A DNA stretch of 64,000 nucleotides, from assembly GCA_030141605.1 (NCBI GenBank), contig JAQGDQ010000123.1, positions 434,001 through 498,000 of the forward strand, read 5' to 3'. Within the stretch, counting starts at the first letter, position 1, and every line of letters begins with the position of its first letter. Both the position numbers and the translations under genes were made by a program. Under the pieces are notes generated by a model. It searched no databases. It was given only the letters and a program-made list of their open reading frames with translations, and was not told the origin of the DNA. The stretch is from Tubiluchus corallicola. Lineage: Eukaryota; Animalia; Priapulida. Positions 38,301 to 51,100 of the stretch are shown here, piece by piece.

Positions 38301-39810
38301 GGATACGTTTTGTTGTGGTGATCAACTAAAGCTGTAATGACTTTATCCCCGTTAAGTAAATTTAAGCAAAAATTGGCATGTTTGTGGTCATAGGTCACCC
38401 TAAAGGTCATGTAAAGGTCGTCACTAAGATACGCAGGGCTGGAAAGACTCTAACACAGATTAAAAAGTTCAGCTGCATAATCTGCTGTATGAACATTATC
38501 TGCCCAATGCATAAATCGTTTGGATTTTCTTATAATCAAGAAACACTAGTGTGGCTAACAATCCTGTCAAGAACAGTTATTGTAACTGCAGATATTAGAT
38601 GTATCTAAACACACATTTTGTGAATAAGGGACTAGAGTTCGTTTAGCATTAAGTTCGTATTCGTTTAGATGTCTGTGCATTTTGTCATTAAATTTTTTAT
38701 GATCTCTATCTAACATCAGCGCCTTTATTGTATGGTAATATATGACGTCCATTTTGTATGTTCATATTATACTTTAACAAAATGGTGACGAAATTATTTT
38801 TTTACTACAATAAAACTGTCACTTGTCTTTTTTCCTTTTTTATTTTTAAGTTGTTTGTATTTTTGTAATTAGAAGACGTACCATTGTGATTTTAGTTACA
38901 ATTATCTTAGCCTGCATAGAGCCTGCGTTAGATGAATATACTGGCTTACAATGTGTTTAATGTAAGCAAAAGTGAAAAATTGAGATCCGCGATTGCAAAT
39001 TATCGGCCAACAATTAGCAATCGATTTTTATTACAGTAATAATTAAACAATTTGCCATAGGCCAGGCTATCTACTCCTATTATTGGCGCAGTATTTTATA
39101 TTTACACCTTTTTTGTATAACCATATGGCATTAAAATAATGATTTTCATAATAAGTTTGTTGCTTATACACGGCATATATATCAACGACTGCATTCATCT
39201 TTTGACCTGCTTGACAAGCTTTGTGCAGAAAGTGATCGGTTCCTCTAAAGCTTGGCTAAACTCTTGTTAATTTTTGATTGGCGAACAGTGAATTCTGCCA
39301 GATGCCATATTCTGGTTTCATCATCGTCAGTATGTTAGGCATCAGATTATAACATTGAATAGCTATTAGGTTAAATCATGAGGTAGGGTAGAGCCCTGGG
39401 GTATGGCCTCATACAGCGGTATGCCGCACTGGAGCAGGCATAGTCAACTGATAACTGGTCACGATCCGCGAGCACCGTGCACACTGGTCAATGACACATG
39501 GGCGTAATCAAATAATCTGCAATTTTTTCAACCACACTAGACCAGGCGTAGCTAAGTAACAAAAACAGTGATGCTCACGCTCACCAGAGTAGAATTTGAA
39601 TTCGTTCAGTTTTGCTCACATTAAATGACATCAGCATTACATTTAAGTGAATATCAAGAAAAGTATTAAGCACAGCACTTGTAAACGGTAGATACGACGA
39701 TAGCATGAACACCTGCGAAGTCATCCATTTTTTTCAGACGGTTTTTTTCAACAACGCGTAAATGTTCACGCATTTTTTGGGTCATCAAACGTGACCCTTT
39801 CAGTTGGTTG

Positions 39811-42038
39811 TCAAGCGTGCACTTTGTCTTTATCTTTATGACCATGAAACACTTTATTGAGAACATGAATTACTTGCTGAGCTGCAGCACTCGACCGGCG
39901 GCGACCTAAAATACAATGCAATAGAATATAACACCTTTACTTAATGTCCATTTTCACAAAATAAAACATAAACTGTAGGCTATTTTCACAGACAAGATTA
40001 AATACAATAAGATCTATTTACAAATAAAGTAGCATAAAATACACACATCATCATTTACACACGCGGACTTTAATACCTAATACATTTCTCACACAAATGA
40101 ATGAGCACATCCATTCTAACACACTCAGTCATTCTCTCATGCACTCATTCACTCTGGCTAAATTTTACACATATTACAACTACGTGAAGGTGATTGCCAT
40201 TGATAAGACTTGAAAATTTTTAAGTTACTGCAAAAAAACAAAACATTTTAGCCATTATTAATTTTCGCTAAAATACATGCACGATACTACGTAGTCAATT
40301 AGTCATGCAGTTTCTACCTCTTTGCCAGTAGATATTTTGCTACAGCTGCTAGTCCATCGTTAACAGTAAAAAAGGCCACAGTAACTGCTTTACACCTATG
40401 TGAGCAAAACTGCGAGTAAACCGCCTCTAAAATAAAATTAAATTCACCTCTTGATTCGACAACTTTCCGTCGCTTCAGTTCTCTGTGAAGTTCGTGGAAT
40501 GATTCGACTACATTTTCGTCCCCGTCACTGGCAGAACATTCAAAAAAACTACAGCAGAGTTCTTCTGCGAGAGCTTCGCCCTCTTCTTGCTTCACCTGAT
40601 AAGAAATCCTTTCAGAAAAAAACACTACTCTTTTTTCTTAGATATTATTACGTGAAAGTAGGAGCAAGCTGCAAGTTTGGAATTCTTTATCATAAATTAG
40701 TTAGAATTACTCTTGTGTGAGCGCTCTAACATTGGAAATGCTGCAACTTGGTTGGCCACCTGTCAAGGATGAACTTTGGGCTGCCTTGATTATTGGGGAA
40801 TGTGGTTGCCTATTGGTTTATGGACGATGCGTTGCAACCAGAATGTCCTGATTCAAATCCAGGCTGCATCCAGGCTATTTTAAACATAAGCTTGATAATT
40901 AATTACGTGTTAAAAACACACATTAACACCTTAATGGTATAATGAGAGACCGATCAAGATAGAGCATTATTAAAGACTACCATTTGGAGTTAATGAAGTC
41001 ATTTGCGAGTCCTGAAAAGAACTAAAGACAAAAGACTTGGAGAAAAGCAACCTTCCCCACAATTGAATTTTTGTGATTCTCATCACAGGCGGCACGTTTA
41101 GCAGAAAGCGCCAAATATAATCATCTTTTTTGTTTAAAGTCGGCTCTTAATTCAACAGACAACACAAACTTGCCATGAGGCTTTCATCAACAAATTACAC
41201 CTACATAGTAGAGATTATTATTACCCTACTTTTACCCTAAATGTCACGCGCCAGGCTGGGCAACAACGGACACCATTTTTAAAGTCTTTGGCATTACCCG
41301 GCCGCTGTATCGAACTCATCACCTTCCAGACCTTAGCACTAGATTATATCTGACAGAAATTATATTAGTTAAGAGTGCTAAGTATATTAATTACTTTAAG
41401 GTGGAATATCATCAATCTAAGTAGACCTACATTAATTTTCTTATAAAAACATTGTCACATTTAAATGAGTTAGTTGAAAACAAAATGCAACTCAATTATC
41501 TTGCGCTTAAACTGTAAGGCAATTATTTGTACATGCACAAAACTCACCTCTCTTATATGATCTAGATCTGCTTTATTACCAATTATAATGCAAGGCGAAG
41601 ACTTGGTCCCTTTAATGTCGTCTATGTATAATTTTATTGAGGCGATTTGTTTGAAACTATCTCTGTCATCAATACTGTAAACTAGCAAAAACGATTCCCC
41701 CCACTTCACCTGTCCCTCCTTGTGCGGAGTTTCACTCTGGAAAATATTAAGTTAAAGTATAAACATATACACATTTTGATTTATAGTTATTATAATATTA
41801 ATGACAAGATTATTATTAAGGCAACAAAATCGACAATAGGAAAAGTGAAAAAGTTGAAATACAGTCTGAAATACAACTTTTTTACTTTTCTTGTCTTTCA
41901 AAATTTAATTAATTGTATGATAATTAATGCACATTTTAATATTGCACAGGACTAGCTTAGCAGGCCTAATTATTTTTGTTGTAACACACAAATAATAATA
42001 ATACACATAGTATATACATAAATACATATATTTTTTCA

Positions 42039-42071
<33 letters not shown>

Positions 42072-45000
42072 GTGTGTATGCTAGTTTTTGGCGTGTTGCT
42101 TGAAAACATTAATTTATTTGAACCATGACGCGTTTCGTTGTTCATGTCAGCTTTTTAAAATGGATTGAAACAATGAAACACACTGTAATAAATACGCAAA
42201 TGTATGCGCAAGTGTTTTCTGCAAAAATAAGATTTTCAGACTATGATAAGATGAGAATACATTGAAAAAATGTTCGTTTCAGTTATAATTCATATTTAAA
42301 ATAATATTAAAACTGATAAAGTGAAACATTTATTTCCTACTTGCAAGTTCAGACACAAGGTAAGAGGTATAATCAAAAATAAAATGCAAATAGATTATGG
42401 CACGCTTAAAGTGTCACTGGTTAAACGTAGATTATGTAATAACAAAAATTTTATTTCAGCTGTAAAAAATTGCACATAAATTTGTGTATTTATTATTGTA
42501 TTTCATTAATCCGTTTCAAGGTCATGGTTCAAGTAAATGAATATGTATTTTTTGTGCAATATTATTGAAAAGGACTAAAGGTATACAAACGCTTTATAAC
42601 TTACCTGACCTCCTGTGTCCAATATCTCGAGTATTACATTTTCATCATCAATTATGAGCGCATGTCTATACGTCCATTCTATATTATAAAAGACAAACAT
42701 TCAAATTTAGCAATCCACCATCTTAATGTCGTACTGTTATGAATCGCAATGTTCATTGTATCCTATTAATTCAGTGTCATGTTCACACTGGAAAATCTAG
42801 TTCGCACTAAGATTGTAGTTCTGTTCACACTAAGTTGATCAACACAACCAGTAGGCCCAGTCTCGGTCTCAACTAGCTCTAATCTCAGTGCTTATAATCA
42901 GCATAGAGGTATTTTTATTGTGCAAGTATTTAATAGCTATAGTGTAAGAACTGAAGAAAATTCCTGTCAATGTGTCACTTACTGAAAATCTCACACCAGC
43001 TCATGCAAGAAAAATGCCGTGTAGATACATTTGTGCAAATTTGTAAAGCGCCTAGCATCTACAAAGCAAATTACAAACTTTCAGCGATAAGAAACCGATA
43101 AATTAATATTTCAGTTTGATTGTAAAAATAGTGGGTGTCAGGAGATGATGATATTGATAAATTATAATATAGTAGAGTGCTAATAGTAGGTATGCTGCAA
43201 CAAAGAAGAAAACTATCCACTCTGTGGGGGAAGGTTCGCTACTAAATGTACGGGGGGAGGGGATTTAAATAAAGGTGCGCTAACTAAACAGGTTAGTCAT
43301 AAAGTCGACCAATTCAACATTTCCTTAAAATCGTAAAGAAAATTTTTATGCGAAAACAGTTACGGAATTTGGATGTCTTACCTAAGGTTGGGTCATATTC
43401 CCAGATAAACCTCTTTGTCAGGAATCGAACAATTAATGCTGCAATAGCAAATGCCAAAAATTAGTATGTTGATACACTACACATCTAAACATGTAGTAAA
43501 CAAATGATTTTATTTCATAAATAACATAGTAATATTTACGTGTTTTCTTAACGTGTTAACCTTTATTTGGTATAGCAAAGGGTCTGTATAGAAATGATGT
43601 CTGATTGATGGGAGAAGTGAGGTCAGTACTACTGACTTGCAGCAACCTTTTATATAAGCAAGTTCTTTCTATCCCTTTTTAAGGTTGAGTTCGCCAGACC
43701 GGATTATATAAACCACGTAATTATGATCACACATACACAAAATCGGCTTTGGCTTCCTTCAGACGTATGAAACCCATAAGAAAATTTGCTTATTAACTCA
43801 TGCAAGAGCTTAGAAATTTTCACTCCAGTCGTTTCTTAAGCTGAGGATTATAGCCATCTGGAACGTAGCTTGTCATTTCCCAAGCCTTTTACGAAACGAG
43901 AACATTTTTATTTAATTCGTACTCCGTTCTGCAAATTTGCCGTTTTTTGTTGAGGAAATTTTAATGAACTACGAAAGATTTAGGTAGTCTAAGTTGACTC
44001 ATTAAAATCGACTCTTTCCGCGGGATAGCTGGCGGCACTTTGAGAAAGCAACAGGCTCATAGCGCTGCAGCTAATAAGTGTTTTTAATGGGGAATTAAAT
44101 TGGGATTCATGTCTCAATATCCTTAACGAGCACAAGTTTCTAATGCGATAAAAGTAATACATTTCCAGCGCTACATGACATGAATGAAACAAAAAGTAAA
44201 ATGCCAAGCTTTCTCTCAACAATAGTTGTTTTTTTCAGAGCTTAAATTTAATTGTTGTTTTAGACCAAGCTTGAGAGTACCAATGATTCAACACAGGAAA
44301 TAAACGGAAAAATCGCGACGCTTGTGGAACTTACTGTACGCAGGGCCGGATTATGACCTTTTGGGGCTCCTAGGCCAAAGCAATTATTCGGCCCCCTTCG
44401 GACGGCGTCAGCCTCTAAACTCGCCAAAATCCATCTTGAATATTTTTTGCTGGTGGTATGTCTTAGCGATATGTATATAGCTTGACGTAAACTTATTGCA
44501 AATTGTTTAAATAAACTAGAAAAGCTGACTTTTGTTTGTCAATAAAAATATTCTTTAAGAAATAGGCTATGCAAACCAGATTAGCATATTGTTTCAACAC
44601 AACCGTAGTAAAAAAGCACATTTTTAGTCAAATGTTACTAAAGCTTGAAGGGCTTCAATATTGAGGGGCCCTAGGTTTGCAGCCTGTATTAGCCTATAGA
44701 ATAATCCGGTTCTGACTGCATTATACTGTACTATAGTTGCATAACTAAATTTGAACCATATATATTGATATATAATAACGCTAACTACTTTGCTTTGACA
44801 ATCAGCAAAGCCGTACTATAGTAAAACAATTAACAAATAATGCGCGTAATGCAACCCAATATCTTCAGTAAAGACGAGTTGAATTAAGTATTTCAATAAT
44901 CTCAGTTCACAGGATAAAATATCAATCTTTCTATCTGGTAATCCACAACTAAGCCATGATAAAAATATTCTCATATTTCAATTAGTGCAGAGATATATTA

Positions 45001-48000
45001 AGGAGACTAAAATATTCGCCGTAGAAATTAGTCATTATTCAGTACTTTGCCAGATTAGTTTAAAAAGTATAATGCATTTTGCATATGTAAAGTTCTCTAA
45101 TGCTTCATTGCCAATTATTTCCGTACAAACTTTGTAATTTTTGATGTACAAATGATGCAAGCCTGGTGTACAAATCAGTTTATTCTAGACTGTTCACCCT
45201 AGGCTTTATAATATAATAACTAAAATTACGTTAACTTTTTTAGAGGAGTGAACTTTAAACCGTTTGAATAATCCAAAAAATATATTATAATCAAGCTCCT
45301 CAATACTTGATAGAAAATTACATGAGCTTCGTCCCAACAATCACTATGCTCTACGTGACCCATTTTTTATTGCCTACACGACATTTGTATAATAGTTTTT
45401 TTCCAAAAAGGCATCCGCCCATGGAATAGTTTACCAATTGAAAGCAGACAGGCCTTCCTTTCTCCATTTGCTTTTAAAAGTAGATTCTTGAACCTATGGG
45501 GAGTTCGTACTAAACGAGTATGCCCCAATTATAATGAAGATCGAAGTAATGAAATTTCAACAAATAGATTCATTGCTAATTTTTCGCAATTAAAAGGTGA
45601 TTTGTTTTTCAGGAATATTATCGATGATGACCGTTCATGTAGCTACAACAATTCGACTGAAAGCCCTCGCCATTATGTTTTCGCGCAAACTATGACATAC
45701 ACACAACACTATTATTGACTCTGTTATTATCATCACATAACTCAAGAATTACACGCCAAATCTAGACCTGCTATTATGTACAAGGACATTTTTTATAAAC
45801 TCAGATCAGGTCATCCATCCAAATTGTTGCCGAACTACAAAAAGTCCACTAAACGTTTTGTTAACTGATTGTACGTATAATTGTATTTTAAGTTATTATG
45901 TAGACTGTCTTTCAATCAAGTACTCATTAATAAACAACTTATGCTAGAATCAACCATATGTACTGTTGTAGTAACTGTAATACTACACTAATTGTATTAA
46001 TTCCACATGTATTGGATTTCTGAATTCTGTAGCAACATTGTGCATTACAATGTACAACTTGTACTTTTCATGGGCTTATAGGCTTATACATCGAGAATCG
46101 TTTCTGTTATCGTATCTATTGTATGGGTTTTGTAAATTTAATTAAGTATTAACTAATGAGCTAGTCGCATTTTTGAATTAACTATTTTGAGTTATTACAT
46201 ACTCTAACTAATTAATTGTATATTTCTTAACTGCACATAGTAGAAATACTGTGATCAGCAATAGTTACTGTGTTGTAAATCCACTCAAAATAAATAAAGT
46301 ATATATATAGCTCGAGGCCAGTCCAGTCCAGTATAGCGCACTTCCAGTCCACTACAATCCGTTCTGTTCTAATTCAAAGCAATGTAATCTATAGATCATT
46401 GCCTGGTATCTATCTATGCCGTCCTCTACGTACATTTAATTCAGGATCAGTTTCAAACTCATTAACTCACAAGTTTTGAGAGATGCTCTTCTTCCTGGGT
46501 TTTTTTTTAAATTAACGTCGTCTCAATTTTAGTACCTAATTTGTTAAATTGAATTTTGCTAAAATGCTTGTTTGTATTAGGTTGTTCTTAAAGGTCACGT
46601 AGGATTACACGAAATGTCGAGAGCAGGTAAATGATAAGGGCGTGTAAGTGAGCAGCACCCTTCTCTTTGCATTAGCAATGTAACCATCCTCCAAAACAAC
46701 CTTCTCACTTGTAAGACAACTTCGGTTTTGGATTTAACAAGGAGAAAACTGTCTTAAACATGTCGAGTAGAAGACACGCGTTGACAAATGTTGGTTGAAA
46801 ATTCAGATACGCCAACGTTGTTTGAACGGTATTGTCGTTTTCCGTAGACGTTTTATCCTGGATAATGAAATGGAAATTGAAAGGGAGAAGTCGGAAATGG
46901 CTTCCTAACAAAATGCAAAGCACGGCTCTATATTTGAACGACCTAGCAAAATTCGAGAAAGTGAACGTTAGTGGATTATATTACTCTGGTTGATGATATG
47001 TGATTATGGAAGGTAAAAACATCCAATTTAGTTACAGATGCAGAATTTTTAGATGCACGAGGCAAGTAACTAAACGTTCTAAATATAATCATTTCTTGCT
47101 ACTCTTTAGTATCATGTATCTTTCTGGCTAAGAGCCAATTCTAAGTCTGTAACTAACGCTAAATTAGGTTTTTGTAAGAAATTTTATCTATGGATGAGTG
47201 AAGATAATAATAATACATATCTTATTGATAAACTACTATAATAGAAACGAAACATGCTAATATGATATAATAGACCATGGTCATCATTCATCTATCACGT
47301 ATATCACCTATTACGTATATTATCTATTACCTATTATGTATCACCTATTACGTATATTATCTTTTGCGCATCTCATCTACTCTTGTCTAGCTCAGCTCAA
47401 AACTTCGCAGGTTTTTGGCTGTTAAATTCTACAACCGTAGCTTGTATGAACAATTTTTTTATTCAAAAGTCTTAATAGGAAACATTCTTGTAATAATTAA
47501 GTAATAACTGGTTATAAAGCCACGATACCATCAAATTTGACCCTTTCTTGTCTGTTATTAGATGACGTTCCTACAGGGCAAGATTATGTCCTTTTGGGGC
47601 CCCTAGGTTAATGAAATTATGGGCCCTCCTCAGACGGAGCCGCTCTCTATCTCGCCCGCACCCGTCTTGATACATTTTAGCGACATTTATACAGCTTGAA
47701 GTGAACTTATTGCAAATTCTTTAAATAAACTAGAATAGCTGATTTTGTTTGTCAATAAAGATATTCTTTAAGAAATATCATTATGTTACTATGTATTGTA
47801 AACTAAGTTAGGAGATATTGCAACACAACCGCAGTGAAAAACAGATTTTTTTTTACCAAATGTTAAAAAAGCTTGAAGGTCCCCAAGCTTGAGGAGCCTT
47901 AGGCTGCAACCTATACTAGTCTATAGGATAATCCGGCCCTGTTGCTGGCATCCTGAAATTGTGCTTAGTGTGCCTACAAATCTTAAGCTATCTGGTAGCA

Positions 48001-48139
48001 GAGCCAAACATTTTTTAAATTAACACTGTTTGCGTTGAGACATCTTTATTTTATTTTATTTCATTTCATTTCATTTCATCTCATCTCATCTCATCTCATC
48101 TCATCTCATCTCATCTCATCTCATCTCATCTCATCTCAT

Positions 48140-48171
<32 letters not shown>

Positions 48172-51100
48172 TATCTTATCTTATCTTATCTTATTTTATT
48201 TTATTTTATTTTCAACAGGATTCGTTTGCAGCACGATTTTCCTTGGAACTCTTCTAACGTGATAACCAACCTTGAGAGTTGAAGCTAACTATAGAGCAGA
48301 GCTTTTTTCGATTATGTTTCACACAGCTCATTGAATTACATGCTCGGCTTGAAACGCTTATTAGACTAACTTGGAGCAAACAATAATGGAAAGAAGCCAG
48401 TTTTCGTTAAGTTACACTTGTTATACCATCACTCGGTGTGGTTTTTCATCGATGAATCATACCACATTCTTCCTGCCTTAATTAATCTAGCTAAGGTTTA
48501 CAAGTGTCATTCTGTGTTGACGTTCGGAAAATACTGCTGATTTTATTAGCCGTCTTCTAATATATATAATCTTGAACTGCAAGGTTCAAAGAACTGTAAA
48601 ACGACTGTTATCAATTCGATTGCGTTCACTGAGGTTTCTAATGGGTTGTCACTTGTCAGGAAGCGAGTTTTGTCTTGGAAACGTCTCAGATATTCCAATG
48701 GCGAAGAAAAATTCTCAAGCAGCACAAGTGAATTCAAGTGGTGGTGGTAGTGGTGGTGATGGTGGTGGTGGTAGTGGTAGTAGTGGTGGTGGTGGTGGTG
48801 ATGCTGGTAGTTGTAGCGGCAGCAGAATTTATTCGCCACATGCAAGTAGTCGGGCACCCGCGTCGCTCCAAAGATGGTTTCTATTGGAGTTTTGTTACTG
48901 TTCCACCGAGAATACTGTAAGAGGTAAATGAAGAACTCCAGTATGTGCCTTCAGGTATGATCGCTGAGAAAAATTCCTAGTTTTACATTATTTAAAGGTA
49001 CAAGAAGGAAATCATGTCTCATAGACCTACCAAAATAACCTACCAAAAACATAAAAGAAAGTGATACATTAGAAGTATTCAAAAACAAGCTTAAAAAAAT
49101 AAGAAACGCAGCTTATATCCATCCACTCCACTAATAAATTGTCTCATATTTTTCTAATTTTACCAACATGGAGTATAATTAGTCATGGTTTTATTTTAAA
49201 AATAAAACTCCGTTTTAAGTATATGTCTCCTGTGCAACATCTAGTTTTATTAATTTCCTGTTAAGTGGCTAGTTGTTGTGTTTCAGTATTTTGTGTAATT
49301 TGTAGTGATGTATCTGTAATTACTGTTTGTGCCCCTGATGTCGTAGTTTTTGTATTAATAATCATTGTAGTGTATTTTCTATCGGTAATACTTTGTGTAT
49401 ATTTCACATATTTTTAGCTTAGCTTAAAATTTTATACACTTTGCACATTTGTAGTTTTTAGATGCTCACGTTTTTCTGATATTCCTAATTTCTAATTTGC
49501 ATTGGATGCATTTGTCTTCACCAGTGTTTTGTTTTAGAACAACTAGTTGTTGTCTTTCATGCAATCCGTTTTATGACAAATAAAGATTTTACTACTACAT
49601 GTACTAACTAAAACCTTCCGCATGCCTATTGAAGTTGCACTTATTTATTACGCAATAATACATCTCCCATGTTTGCCAAGTCGATTTTAACAACTCGTCT
49701 AAGTGACGTGTCATAAACTGTAAATTTCTTTACAACGATAGAGCGTTGAACTGTTTGCAAATTTGCAAATTAACTGCGTGAACAAAACATCAACAGTTTA
49801 TGTTGCGATAAGAACTAATTCCTTATGGCTGGGTTATCGTTTATATGTAAACCCCGAAAACACGCTGATAAATAATTTTATATTTCGCAATAGGGAGAAA
49901 GAGACAAACACGAAGGCTGAAGTTGCATTAGTGCATAAGTGTACAAACTTTTGAGTGTCTTGTAAGTTGTAAGACAGAGCTTGTATCAGTTTCTTTTGCT
50001 TTTTAAATTTAAGCCTCTGATAGAATGTTTCTAATGATGCAGCTGTTTGAAAGCGAGAAAACGTTGTATGGGGTGAAACGTGAAACTCGGCGGATCTCCG
50101 AAAGCGTTTGCATTTCAGAAAAAAAGGTGTAGCGTTACAGCTTGCTTTAGAAATACAATCGATATAGATTAAAAATTTATTGAAGACAAGCATTTATGAG
50201 CGCATATTGTTGTTGCTCGGCTGTGAAATTTATTTTTGACTTGTCCTCCTGATTCTTATCCTTGCGAGGAAGCAATAAATGTGCCTAAAATTAATTTGTT
50301 TGCGCTCTTCACGGAAAAAGCCCACCATTACTGAGCTTATCAGTAATTTTTTGCTTCATATGAAGTTTCGTGACACACGCCCAGGGCTAGGGTCACGAAA
50401 CTCACAAGAAACACTTCCTAGGTGGGGTGTTATGCATATGTGTAACCCGTCGCCCCCGGGTCAAAGGTCATGGATCGGGCAGGGTTTATTTTTTTGTCAG
50501 GCTGGATCTCCTCCTACAGGTTTTGAGCTAGGGCCACAATTTTTGGTATGTCGCCAGGTTGTTGTGTCGAGTCGAGTTGTTGTGCATATGAGTCATTTGC
50601 GTATGAGAGAATTTTTCGGTGAGGGGCAAAAACCAAAATCGAAGGGGTCGTGGACATTAGTGCTTCCAGTGTCGAGGAACAGTAACGCGTAATATATCAA
50701 ATGAAATGTTTCGATGAGACAAATCGAATGGTGTAAGTTTCGCTGATGTTGGTTGATCCCTGACCTGGACAAAAACCGAAATCGCAGGTTGGAACACCGA
50801 TGCTTCCAGTGTCAAGTAACAGTAGCTTATAGTACATCAAATGAAAGGTATGAACGAGACTAATTGAGTAGTATAAGTTACGCCCCTAACTTGTTGACCT
50901 TGACCCCGAGGTCATAGGAAAGTGGAAATACAGGTTTTACTGTCTTATAATATTTCAAATGAAAGGTCTCGGTGAGACGAATTGAATGTTATGACCTAAG
51001 CCTAGACTGGTCAACCACTGACCCCACTAGAGGACAAAAAGTGAACTTTCGTGGAAATGATACAAATGCTTCATATATCGAGCATCAGTAGGTTGTAGTA

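Noticed and set aside
40795-40872. Functional tRNA gene
   Set aside because: A and B boxes are present but no consistent cloverleaf; treated as a SINE head.
48546-48931. His-rich, Gly-rich and Val-rich ORFs
   Set aside because: Translations of a (GGT)n microsatellite without splice or homology support.
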